DNA of 64,000 nucleotides from Saprospiraceae bacterium (GTDB lineage Bacteria; Bacteroidota; Bacteroidia; Chitinophagales; Saprospiraceae): NCBI GenBank assembly GCA_020436935.1, contig JAGQWX010000018.1, positions 19,529 to 83,528 of the forward strand, read 5' to 3'. Shown piece by piece: positions 1 to 9,262 of this stretch (position 1 is its first letter; each line of letters starts with the position of its first letter). The notes under the pieces were generated by a model. It saw only the letters and a program-made list of their open reading frames with translations, ran no database searches and was not told where the DNA came from. The position numbers and the translations under genes were made by a program.

Positions 1-1022
1 TAGTCCTCAATTGCACCATCGCTTGCAATTAATTTTTGTTGAAATACCCAATTGTTTCCTTCCCTCAAATATAAATATGCCGATCCCTGATCTGCACGAC
101 CAGAAATATCCGCCTTGGGTACTCCTACTAAAAGGTAGTCCTCCCATAGAGCAACCCTGCTTCCAAAATTATCGAAATTGAGGCCATCAGCAGCCGTAAT
201 TTTGGCATGATATTGCCAATCACTTTCTACTTTGTGAAATATGAAAACAGAACCCTTGTCATCAGTTGACGCAATGTCATCAAATGGTGATCCTATGGCG
301 GCATAGTCACCGTAAATCGCAACAGAAAAGCCAAAGCTGTCCCCGAATTTACCAAAGCCATCTCTCAGGATTTTATTCGCACTGATGTTTGTTGAACTAA
401 CTTTTCCGAAACTATCAGCATTTGCCTTCGTGAGTGACAACCATTTTGTACCGTTGAAACCTTCAAAGTCTTTCACCACCTGATTCCACCTTATGCTTCC
501 AGCAACCGGCGATTCCAAATTATCACCAACTCTGATCCTTCCGGTTATGTCTAATGTAGCCTTCGGTTGATTATTATTGACCCCTACTTTGCCCTCAGGC
601 TCAGGACAAGTTGTGCAAATTGACACGGTCGTCCTTTCTTCATAAGACTCACCACAGGGTGGGCTGGATGTATGAATGTGCACAGCAATAACATCAAGAG
701 AAAAACTTGCTGTGAAATTTATCGGTGATAGGCCATGAGCCAATAACGCCTTTGTGTATCTATTCCTTATGGTAAAATAATCACCTGCAACGCTGGAAAC
801 AAAACGATAGGTATGATTAACTTTTAAGTCTCGCATCACAAAATATGAACCAGGATAACTTTTATTGCTGATGATTTGCGTATCCTTGACTTGTGAAGCA
901 ATGACATCTTCGTAGGGAAACATCTCTTTATCAGGACTGGTGCATTGGCCAGTGAGTGTTCCTGACATAAATAAAAAGAACCCTGAAGTGAAAAAAATCA
1001 ATCTGTATGTAAATGAAACCAT
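1..1022 (-). CDS. Secreted FG-GAP-like repeat protein, N-terminal part; gene runs off the window start
   Basis: Hand translation of the minus strand from ATG ~1022: MVSFTYRLIFFTSGFFLFMSG (signal peptide), then repeats of the type GDYAAIGSPFDDIASTDDKGSVFIF and EDYLLVGVPKADISGRADQGSAYLY (FG-GAP/integrin-alpha-like). I met no stop codon before position 1. The ORF is absent from the track because it is truncated. Confidence 0.5.
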   Translation of the reverse strand, partial: MVSFTYRLIFFTSGFFLFMSGTLTGQCTSPDKEMFPYEDVIASQVKDTQIISNKSYPGSYFVMRDLKVNHTYRFVSSVAGDYFTIRNRYTKALLAHGLSPINFTASFSLDVIAVHIHTSSPPCGESYEERTTVSICTTCPEPEGKVGVNNNQPKATLDITGRIRVGDNLESPVAGSIRWNQVVKDFEGFNGTKWLSLTKANADSFGKVSSTNISANKILRDGFGKFGDSFGFSVAIYGDYAAIGSPFDDIASTDDKGSVFIFHKVESDWQYHAKITAADGLNFDNFGSRVALWEDYLLVGVPKADISGRADQGSAYLYLREGNNWVFQQKLIASDGAIED

Positions 1023-1124
1023 TTTATTTACAATTTTATGATACCTTCTTAAAGATTCGGCAAACATTTGAAATCGATTTTTTGTGGTAAAGTTTAATAG
1101 CAATTACTTTAATAATTTGTCAGA

Positions 1125-1664
1125 CTATTGAACTAATCTGCTGTTGCGATTATATTGGAAAGCTTTTGCTGCAATGATCATAAGGAGAAATAAAATAACC
1201 ACTGCCCACTGTGACATGGTAGGGATGCCTGCAGGGGCTCCAATGACAAGGGGATAAGCACCTCCTGCCTCACTAAATGAAGTTGCTCCAATAGGCCTTA
1301 TCAGAAAAAATGGGGACAGGTCGCGTTTAGTACTGGGATTATCCCTTAAAACCAGACAGACAGGAGGTATCATTACGTCCAAACGTACATAATATGTACC
1401 AGGGTCTGGATAAGTATAGGTTGCAGTAAATGGCAGCATGTTACCTGGATCATTTGCATAATCCGGAATGATTGTTTCGACAAAACAATTGTGGTTGTTG
1501 AGAATTGTAAATGTCACCTGTTCGCCAGCCACTGGGTTGGCCGGCTGATATTCGATTTGATAAACAGGAAGCTGTCCATTTAATACACACTGGAGTGATA
1601 GAAATAAGTATACAAATACACTGACAAATTTGATTTTTCGATTTCTTTTAACTCTATGATTCAT
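1125..1664 (-). CDS. Small secreted protein with an IPTL-CTERM-like C-terminal sorting signal
   Basis: N-terminal signal peptide (KIKFVSVFVYLFLSLQ). C-terminal tripartite tail IPTMSQWAVVILFLLMIIAAK...RNSR: an IPT[LM]SxW motif, a hydrophobic helix, then basic residues, resembling the IPTL-CTERM sorting domain. Confidence 0.55.
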   Translation of the reverse strand: MNHRVKRNRKIKFVSVFVYLFLSLQCVLNGQLPVYQIEYQPANPVAGEQVTFTILNNHNCFVETIIPDYANDPGNMLPFTATYTYPDPGTYYVRLDVMIPPVCLVLRDNPSTKRDLSPFFLIRPIGATSFSEAGGAYPLVIGAPAGIPTMSQWAVVILFLLMIIAAKAFQYNRNSRLVQ

Positions 1665-1858
1665 ATCGAATATTGTGATTTAATAAGTGAAATTAAAGGA
1701 ATGAATTTCGGATATTTAAAGTGAACTAGCTTCCGGTCGAATTGAAACAGGGAATGGTTGTGATAAATTATGCGAAAAAAGTGTACTGAGTTTTGGTACA
1801 CAATAATTTGATTTGAACGGCATTATAACGCCCATTATAACGCCCTTTATAATTACAT

Positions 1859-3949
1859 TTGGTTAAACAATCAATTGGCATGTCAAAGGTTTTTTTGACC
1901 ATCATGTTCACTTTATTTGCCATATTGGCTTTTGCCCAGGTCAATTCAGATTCATTGCAAGCTGTACTGAAGTACATGCCTGCTTCAGTGCAATCAATTG
2001 AAAAGATGTTTACGATGGTCGGCCCCTATCGCCGCAGTGACCTCCATGCAAGCAGACTTATTTATGAGATGGCTGCTGAGAAAAGTGCTACAATTGGCAA
2101 TGATACATTGCAGTGCAAAAGTCTGTTGAACAGTGCCGTATTGTGCAACGAACTTGGAGATTTTGAAGCAGCTGGTAAATATTTGCGCAAAGCGGACCAG
2201 TTGGCAGAAAATGCCAAACATGTTGAACTGCAAATAAAGGTAAATGGGGAAACGGGCAGGATGTTTGTATTTAATGAGCAACCAGATGAAGCGCTTCATT
2301 ATTATAAGAAGGTTATCGACAAATGTACAGATCCAAAATTCAATAATATAAAGGCTATAGTTTTGGGCAATATCGGTGGTATATTTTACGAAAAATCAAG
2401 AGATTTTGAGGAAAAAGATATGATGATTTTGGAAGGCATTCCTTATACAAAAGCTTCTTTTTTTCTGGCTGAAAAACTTGGTAATACACAACTTATCATC
2501 AATCAGGGAAATAACCTTGCTTTGATGTACGCTGATCTGGGAAAAGTTGATTCTAGTCTCTATTTTCTTGATGCCATAAAGCCACTGATAAACGAAGACA
2601 ATCTGAAGTCTTTGAGTACCTACTATTCCAATCTTGGAAAAGTAACCTTACTGCAGGGATCCAGTGAATCAGCTCTGATAGCTTATAAGCAGTCTTTGTC
2701 TTATACGATGAAAACAAAAGCCGTGTATGACGAATATAATATTTACAAAGCCCTTTCAGTCCTTTACGAAAAGATTGGTGAAGTGAATGAGGCACTTATG
2801 TATGAGAAAAAGGCTACTACGCTCCACGATTCTTTGGTAAATGCCGAAAATTTCGGCAAGTTGGCAGAACTTCAAACGCGATATGAAAGAGAAAAAAATG
2901 AAGGCCAGATTTTGAAGTTACAGTCTGAGCAAAACCTCAGAGAATTACAGCTTACGAGGCAAAAGGTGCTGGCCCAATCATTGGCATTTGAAGCTGACCA
3001 GCAACGAAATGAAGCCTTACTCCTAAGTCATCGTAATGAAATGCAGCAACTTGAAATACGACAGCAATCCGACAGGCTTGAAAAAGGAGCCTTGCAAGCC
3101 AAGGCTGATTCCCAGGCCATTAGGCTCACGCTGCAGGATAACGTGATGAAAAGTGATCTCATCAATCGTCAAAGACGTATCGGTGTGGGAATGTTGGTAT
3201 TAACTTTTGTTCTTGGCACTTTTGTATTTGGCCTAAACCATTTGAATCAATCCAGGAAAAGAGCTTATGAACAATTGGCAAAAACAAATGAGGCCATTAA
3301 GATTCAGTCAGAAATCATGCAGCAACAGACCAAAACCATTGCAGGATTTAAAGCCCAAATGAATCCTCATTTTGTATTTAATGCATTACATAAGATACAA
3401 GGCTCAATCTTTTCCGGACAGACAGATGAGGCTGCATTGCAATTGCGCCAAATGGCTGGTTTGATGCGTACTACTTTTGAGAATGCCCATAGGGAGGAAA
3501 TTACCCTGGATGAGGAACTGACCTTTCTTCGAAATTATGTGGAGTTTGAGCAAAAAAACAGGACCATTCCATTCTTTTTCTCTACCGAAATCTCTGGTGA
3601 AACAGATGGACTGCTTTTACCTCCCATGATGATCCAGCCGCTTATAGAAAACAGCCTCAAACATGGTATTTCCGATTTGCAAAAAGATGGTTTTGTCAAA
3701 TTAAAGATTAAAGCAAGACAGGGAGGAAGATTATTGATAAGCGTAGAAGATAATGGAATAGGCATGGCAATAGACCAAGCCTCAAGCAAGAAAAAATGGC
3801 ATGCTTTATCCGTTTTGGAAAACAGAGTCCAACTTGCAATGAATCATATTAATGCAGAAAATGAAGAAATATTCAAAATCACAAGCCCTGTTGAAGATGA
3901 AAGGGGAACAAAAACTGAATTCCATTTACCCTCTAAATATGCTTATTGA
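1859..3949 (+). CDS. TPR-repeat sensor histidine kinase, LytS/YehU type (His_kinase + HATPase_c)
   Basis: Signal peptide, TPR-like repeats, a long coiled-coil and one TM segment (GVGMLVLTFVLGTFVFGL). NPHFVFNALHKIQG (pfam06580 His_kinase motif), then an HATPase block (LLISVEDNGIGM). The true start is probably the internal Met at 1880 (MSKVFLTIMF). The stop overlaps the start of the downstream response-regulator gene by 4 nt. Confidence 0.85.
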   Translation: MVKQSIGMSKVFLTIMFTLFAILAFAQVNSDSLQAVLKYMPASVQSIEKMFTMVGPYRRSDLHASRLIYEMAAEKSATIGNDTLQCKSLLNSAVLCNELGDFEAAGKYLRKADQLAENAKHVELQIKVNGETGRMFVFNEQPDEALHYYKKVIDKCTDPKFNNIKAIVLGNIGGIFYEKSRDFEEKDMMILEGIPYTKASFFLAEKLGNTQLIINQGNNLALMYADLGKVDSSLYFLDAIKPLINEDNLKSLSTYYSNLGKVTLLQGSSESALIAYKQSLSYTMKTKAVYDEYNIYKALSVLYEKIGEVNEALMYEKKATTLHDSLVNAENFGKLAELQTRYEREKNEGQILKLQSEQNLRELQLTRQKVLAQSLAFEADQQRNEALLLSHRNEMQQLEIRQQSDRLEKGALQAKADSQAIRLTLQDNVMKSDLINRQRRIGVGMLVLTFVLGTFVFGLNHLNQSRKRAYEQLAKTNEAIKIQSEIMQQQTKTIAGFKAQMNPHFVFNALHKIQGSIFSGQTDEAALQLRQMAGLMRTTFENAHREEITLDEELTFLRNYVEFEQKNRTIPFFFSTEISGETDGLLLPPMMIQPLIENSLKHGISDLQKDGFVKLKIKARQGGRLLISVEDNGIGMAIDQASSKKKWHALSVLENRVQLAMNHINAENEEIFKITSPVEDERGTKTEFHLPSKYAY

Positions 3950-4710
3950 AGATGAGAGCAGTTATAATTGATGATGATAATAAGAGTGTAGAAAGCTTGT
4001 TTACCTTACTCAATAAATTTTGTTCTTTTGTTACCATAGTTGGCACCTGTACGGATGTCTATAATGCCAAAGAGGTCATAGAAACTTCTTTACCAGATTT
4101 GGTTTTTCTTGACATTGAGATGCCGGGTAAAGACGGTATTACATTTTTAAGAGAAATCCATTTTCCAAATTTTGAGGTAATTTTCGTGACTGCCCATGAC
4201 GATTATATATTGCAGGCGTTCAGACTTGCGGCTGTAGATTACCTCCTCAAGCCTGTTGACCCTCAGGAATTGATGAATGCGGTAGAGCTGTCCAAATCAA
4301 GAATTGAATCGCGAAGCCTTACCCGAAAATTGGAAGTTTTGGCAGAAAACCTTATCCACAAGGAAAGTAAAAAAGTTGACAAAATCTGCCTTTCAGATGC
4401 TTCAGGTTATCATGTCATCGCATTACGTGACATTTTGTACCTCTGTGCAGACAATACCTACACCACATTTTTCCTCACAGACGGCCGACAAATGCTCATG
4501 TCTAGACCATTGATGGATTATGAACGATTACTTCCCGATGCCCAGTTTTTTAGAATACATAAGTCATACCTGATCAATTTATCTCATGTCACAGGATTTA
4601 AAAAGTCTGAGGGCGGTAGTGTGCTTCTCAGTAATGGACAGCTTCTAGAAGTGAGTCGTCGTAAAAAAGATGAACTGTTAGATATGATGAAGGAGATGTT
4701 TTTATACTAA
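3946..4710 (+). CDS. LytTR-family response regulator (REC + LytTR DNA-binding domain)
   Basis: AVIIDDD...LDIEMPGKDGI receiver domain. C-terminal LytTR domain (FFRIHKSYLINLSHV...LLSNGQLLEVSRRKK). Translationally coupled to the upstream kinase. Confidence 0.9.
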   Translation: MKMRAVIIDDDNKSVESLFTLLNKFCSFVTIVGTCTDVYNAKEVIETSLPDLVFLDIEMPGKDGITFLREIHFPNFEVIFVTAHDDYILQAFRLAAVDYLLKPVDPQELMNAVELSKSRIESRSLTRKLEVLAENLIHKESKKVDKICLSDASGYHVIALRDILYLCADNTYTTFFLTDGRQMLMSRPLMDYERLLPDAQFFRIHKSYLINLSHVTGFKKSEGGSVLLSNGQLLEVSRRKKDELLDMMKEMFLY

Positions 4711-4991
4711 ATCAATATACTAATCAGGAAATGGAATGACCATTTTGATTGTGATGATAAAAGTTCAAAAGTCGGAATGAAGCACGTGAAGAAATCGTTG
4801 CAATCAATTTTAGTGCGGAACGGTAATTCACTGTTCACAGCTACTCCATAACCAAAATGGGTGCTCCGGCTTCCCGTCATTATAATGGGCCTAACGACGA
4901 ATTTTGAATTTTTAGCAGCAATGTTGTGGTCAATTCTATTTCCGATAAGTATAAATCCCTCATCCGATCTTTAGAACATTTGCTCCAAAAC

Positions 4992-5246
4992 TTAAGGCAT
5001 CCTGAAATTCCACTTACAGTTATCATTCTTCATATCAAACTTACCCAAGGTAGGTCTGGTATCTCCAAAAGATATCAGTGCCAGTTCCACTTTTGAATTT
5101 GGCACTGCTATCGGCATGATGCGGTAACTGCCATCGGTAAGCTGGTCGATTTTCCAGAGCTGTTCTGCTGTACCGGTAAAATTTGGTACAGTGATGACCT
5201 CTCCGTCAGCAGTAGCTGCTAAGGTGGATTTTATAATATTGCCCAC
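4992..5246 (-). pseudogene. 3' gene fragment paralogous to the C-terminal ricin-B-like domain of the GH43 gene at 7742..9190
   Basis: The 84-aa ORF matches the last ~85 aa of the 482-aa GH43 protein (…ADGEVITVP..QLWKIDQLTDGSYRIMP…ALISFGDTRPTLGKFDMKNDNCKWNFRMP). Nucleotides 4993-5050 are identical to 7742-7800, and identity decays after that. There is no ATG start and no catalytic domain. Confidence 0.5.
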
Positions 5247-5428
5247 TTAAGCGTAAAAAAATTTAAATAAAATTTAACTATATATAAATATTATATATAT
5301 TGCATTAGCAAGCTTGTGAAAACAATATTTAAACCTGTAAATCTTCGGTTTCTTCTTTTAAAAACCCCAGGTTGGAGGCAACCGAAACTCCAAATCAAGA
5401 AGTAGGAAATCACCTTTAATGCTTTAAT

Positions 5429-6859
5429 ATGGGACACTTTAGAAGTTTGAATATTAAATCCAGAACCAAATTTTACATCCTTTATTCAAAGTATTGTACC
5501 AAATCCTTCTTTTTTTTAATTTGCATGACGATCATTTTCAGTTGTTCAGAGGAAGCGGCACCGGGTCGTTCAGAAGAATCCAATTCACATGAAGACGTTC
5601 AGGAAAGGGCTTATGAGATTGAAGAATTAGTCAATGAAAACTATGAAATATCTCAAGACGAAGCTTTGCTAGTCGCTGAAAATTTTTTCAGATATGATGC
5701 TGATTTTAATAAAAGAGATTATAAGGAAAAGAAAGTATCAAAAATAACAACAGAAATTGATTCTTTAGATGGACTTGCTTTATTCTATACAATTGAATAT
5801 TCTAAAGGGTTTTGTATTGTTTCAGCTGATTCAAGATTTGAACCAATCCTTGCTCAAACTGAATATCATGATTGGGGTGGTGTAGATTTAGAAGGCCCGA
5901 ATATTCTTTTAGAGATTTATAAAAATAGGATTCGAGACATAAGAACAAGGAGAGAAGAACGGCCTAGATTTATAGAAGCTATTTGGGAAAAGCTTTCAAA
6001 TTATGAAAAACTAAAAGATAGAGAAGGTGAAGTAGTGCATAAAAGAAATTCATGTACATATGGAGAATGCCGTCCACCTTCATGCAATAATACTTATAGT
6101 TACACAGTTGGACCTTTTGTTGATCCAATAGCTCAATGGAGTCAAATTGGACATTTTAATTTTTTTTCCGGAAATAATAGTGGTTGCAATTGTAATCGAA
6201 ATACTGCAGGTTGTGGTCCGGTTGCATTGGGAATGGTATTAAGATACCATGAATCGCCTTTAATTACTATGACTTACAATGGAATATCAACATTTACAAA
6301 TTACAGTTCAATGCCTCTTAATAGAGGTGCTTGCGCTGAAAACTCTGGAGGTTTTTTAAGCAGTTCTATGTTATTAAGACTTTGCGGAGATGCTATGGGT
6401 ACTATTTTTGGTATTTCTGGATGTAGTACTGCCACAATTCCAGCAGATATTGGTGACGGTCTTGATTTTTACGGATACACTCATGATGGAATAGGTACAC
6501 TTTCTAGTAGATATAGTGCGATTACAAATGATTTGCAAAGTCAATTTCCGGTAATATTCACCGGAGCTACAAATTCTTTTGGCGCAGATTGGCATATTTG
6601 GTTAGCAGACGGATACAAACAGTTTCACTACGAGTATTGGTCAAGTAATGGAAATTGCAATGGAGATCCTTATTATGGATCTCATCCATATTATTGCGGG
6701 GTATGCCCAGATTGTATAAATTGTACCATTTATGCTGCCAATCAGTGGCATATGAACTGGGGTTGGAATGGCACCAGCAATGCTTGGTATGCTGCAAGTC
6801 CATATAGTATTGGTGATTATGATAGTTTGATGAAAGTGTATACAAACTTCAGACCTTAA
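5429..6859 (+). CDS. C10-family (streptopain/SpeB-like) cysteine peptidase lipoprotein with an N-terminal Spi-type propeptide
   Basis: Lipobox (IIFSCSEE). Propeptide-like region (ISQDEALLVAENFF). Catalytic Cys context NTAGCGPVALGMVLRYHE, His context WHIWLADGY, and the NWGWNG motif, all typical of Peptidase_C10. AT-rich gene. Confidence 0.75.
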   Translation: MGHFRSLNIKSRTKFYILYSKYCTKSFFFLICMTIIFSCSEEAAPGRSEESNSHEDVQERAYEIEELVNENYEISQDEALLVAENFFRYDADFNKRDYKEKKVSKITTEIDSLDGLALFYTIEYSKGFCIVSADSRFEPILAQTEYHDWGGVDLEGPNILLEIYKNRIRDIRTRREERPRFIEAIWEKLSNYEKLKDREGEVVHKRNSCTYGECRPPSCNNTYSYTVGPFVDPIAQWSQIGHFNFFSGNNSGCNCNRNTAGCGPVALGMVLRYHESPLITMTYNGISTFTNYSSMPLNRGACAENSGGFLSSSMLLRLCGDAMGTIFGISGCSTATIPADIGDGLDFYGYTHDGIGTLSSRYSAITNDLQSQFPVIFTGATNSFGADWHIWLADGYKQFHYEYWSSNGNCNGDPYYGSHPYYCGVCPDCINCTIYAANQWHMNWGWNGTSNAWYAASPYSIGDYDSLMKVYTNFRP

Positions 6860-6876
6860 TTAAAAGTGATTTTAAA

Positions 6877-7305
6877 ATGAAAAAATTATATGCCAAAGTC
6901 CTGGTGCTGATTCTATTTATGATATCTTGTACCAAAGAAAGTGTTCTTTTTGAGAAAGAAGTATGGTGGTATGGCCATTGGGAGAATATGGAGGTGCAAA
7001 ATCAATATTTTTCATCTGGATGGCTAAGAAGTAGTCGTTCACAATTCTTTTTCTCAACCCTTGATACTGTTACAGACCATATTTTTTTAAAAACTTTAGT
7101 CGACTACAGTTATAAAAATAAATGGAAAATAATTGAGTTGGAAGGAGGTCAATTTGTTAAAATCAATCAAATAGAGGAAGAAAGCCTCATTGAATTATTT
7201 GGACCAGCAGAATCAATAGAGGATCTTGGTGAAAACGGTGTAATATATAGAAATATTAAATTTGAACATCCACTCATTCCTGACTCTGTGTTGTATATGA
7301 GATGA
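6877..7305 (+). CDS. Small lipoprotein; candidate cognate inhibitor of the upstream C10 protease
   Basis: MKKLYAKVLVLILFMISCTKE lipoprotein signal. 142 aa, 17 bp downstream of the protease gene on the same strand. The size and arrangement match the Bacteroides Bfp/Bfi protease-inhibitor pairs. No sequence-level proof. Confidence 0.5.
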   Translation: MKKLYAKVLVLILFMISCTKESVLFEKEVWWYGHWENMEVQNQYFSSGWLRSSRSQFFFSTLDTVTDHIFLKTLVDYSYKNKWKIIELEGGQFVKINQIEEESLIELFGPAESIEDLGENGVIYRNIKFEHPLIPDSVLYMR

Positions 7306-7741
7306 TTAACCCAGATTGAGCACCACCCGGGTGGGATGCCTCCTTGATATTGAATCTGTGGATTTTTGGGTTTCTGCCCAGGTACTACATATTATATACT
7401 GATTGGAAAATAGAATGTCCATTTTGTATGTGGTGATAAAATGAATCAGATCAAGGCTCAAAACTTGAAGCGTGTAAAGAAATCGTCATGAACGAATGAT
7501 GCAGAGCAAAATTGACAACGTCAATTTAATAAGTGAACCGAGCCTTAGCAAGGTATAGAGCATACCGTAATACAGGTACAAAATCCACTTTTTTTTACAA
7601 AGAACTATATTTAACGCCGAACTGTGACCTCCGTGTCACACCTTATTCATACCTCCAGCGAGTATTTGAAATGAAGATATGGTTCATTTTAGCAGCATAC
7701 AAGTGGACAAATCTATTTCGATCAGTATATGCCTTTCTATA

Positions 7742-9190
7742 TTAAGGCATCCTGAAATTCCACTTACAGTTATCATTCTTCATATCAAACTTACCCAGGG
7801 TAGGTCTGGTATCTCCAAAGGATATCAATGCCAGCTCCTCTTTGGAATTTGGAACTTCCTTTGGCATGATGCGGTAGCTTCCATCTGTCAGCTGATCGAT
7901 CTTCCAGAGTTGTGAGACGTCACCAGTATAGGCTGGCACGGTAATGACTTCTCCATCGGCAGTGGCAGCAAGGGCCCTTTCTGTGCCATCAATGAGGATT
8001 TTATAATACTGTCCGCCAAAGTATCCTCCTGCCTCTGCAACAGGACTTACTGCCCATTTTTGGTGCGGGCGGGAAATATAATCACCTATTCTGGCATTGA
8101 TGTCGCCTGTTGGCCAGGTCTGAATGACATCTGCGAGCGCCTGAGATGGAACAGGCTTAATTGGTTCGTCGTTGTTGCGGCCAAATCCTCTCATACCTCC
8201 TGCCATTCTTGTAAAATCAAGTGCAAGTTCGAGGCTGTAACCTCTTCTTACAGATTCTATCTCATAGGTGCCTGCTTGGATGTGTTCTCCTGCTACTGGC
8301 CACCCATCTTTCCACACCAGGGGCACGATGGCGAGAACACTGCGGCCGCTTTGATCGAGGTCTGCCTCGTAGTGAAAGGACATTTTTTCGACACCGTCGG
8401 TAATGATATTTCTTCCAAAATGGCCGGGGCCGATCAATCTGCCACGGGTTGCAGCAACCATCTTACCACCACCTTCGAGCATGCTTCTGCCCACATTGTC
8501 GATGTATGGACCAGTTACTTTTTTAGAACGGCCTACGACAATGTTGTATGTTGAATTTGCTCCGTCACAGCAGGTGCCGTGATTGGCAAGTAAATAATAC
8601 CAACCATCGCGATAGGTAAGGATGGATGCTTCGCAGACAATGGCGATATCCACCGATTTGTTACCAACGACCCGCTTGCCGGTCTTAGGGTCTAGTTCTA
8701 CCACACGAATAAATCCATAGTAGGTGCCATATGTTAACCAAAGACGTCCTGTACTCGGATCCAGCATCATGCCGGGGTCGATGGCATCGCAATCCTCGTA
8801 TCCATCTGAATACGCCACTGCAATTGTGTCGCTGTATTTGAAGTCAGGAGAATTGGGGTCGAGGGTATTGTTCCACATGGTGTAAATTTTGCCCCGGTGA
8901 CCTACCGCTGCACCTCCTCCTGTTGCTCCATAGGCAATCAGGTAGCGGTTTCCAATTTTGATGGCGTCAGGGGCTGCACCACCACCGGGTCGAACTGCTC
9001 CTCCATTCCATGTCCACCCATCTTCAGAAATCAGGCCACCGCCACCGGTACCGAAAGTGTAATACTTTCCTTCGCATTCTACAATGGTGGAAGGATCGTG
9101 GATGAAAGGTTTACCTACCTGTGCATTGAGCTGCATTTGTAAAAGGAAGGATGTTATGCTGATGATGCAAACTATATTGATGTGTTTCAT
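7742..9190 (-). CDS. Secreted GH43-family glycoside hydrolase with a C-terminal ricin-B (QxW) lectin-like domain
   Basis: Signal peptide. Five-bladed-propeller GH43 hallmarks (HDPSTIV, DAIDPG, CEASIL). C-terminal QLWKIDQLTDGSYRI ricin-B-like repeat. Confidence 0.8.
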   Translation of the reverse strand: MKHINIVCIISITSFLLQMQLNAQVGKPFIHDPSTIVECEGKYYTFGTGGGGLISEDGWTWNGGAVRPGGGAAPDAIKIGNRYLIAYGATGGGAAVGHRGKIYTMWNNTLDPNSPDFKYSDTIAVAYSDGYEDCDAIDPGMMLDPSTGRLWLTYGTYYGFIRVVELDPKTGKRVVGNKSVDIAIVCEASILTYRDGWYYLLANHGTCCDGANSTYNIVVGRSKKVTGPYIDNVGRSMLEGGGKMVAATRGRLIGPGHFGRNIITDGVEKMSFHYEADLDQSGRSVLAIVPLVWKDGWPVAGEHIQAGTYEIESVRRGYSLELALDFTRMAGGMRGFGRNNDEPIKPVPSQALADVIQTWPTGDINARIGDYISRPHQKWAVSPVAEAGGYFGGQYYKILIDGTERALAATADGEVITVPAYTGDVSQLWKIDQLTDGSYRIMPKEVPNSKEELALISFGDTRPTLGKFDMKNDNCKWNFRMP

Positions 9191-9262
9191 GATTTATTTT
9201 TGTGTTTTACAGCCAATTGAATGGAATCCAATGTTTGAAATGAAAACTTCGAAGTGACTTAA

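Noticed and set aside
4992-5246. 84-aa ORF as a functional stand-alone ricin-B lectin
   Set aside because: It starts at GTG with no RBS-like context. It is a partial copy of one lectin repeat with a decaying identity gradient. Treated as a gene remnant.
7323-7334. CCACCCGGGTGG palindrome after the small lipoprotein gene as a terminator
   Set aside because: It has no loop and no following T-tract. More likely a restriction-site-like palindrome than an intrinsic terminator.
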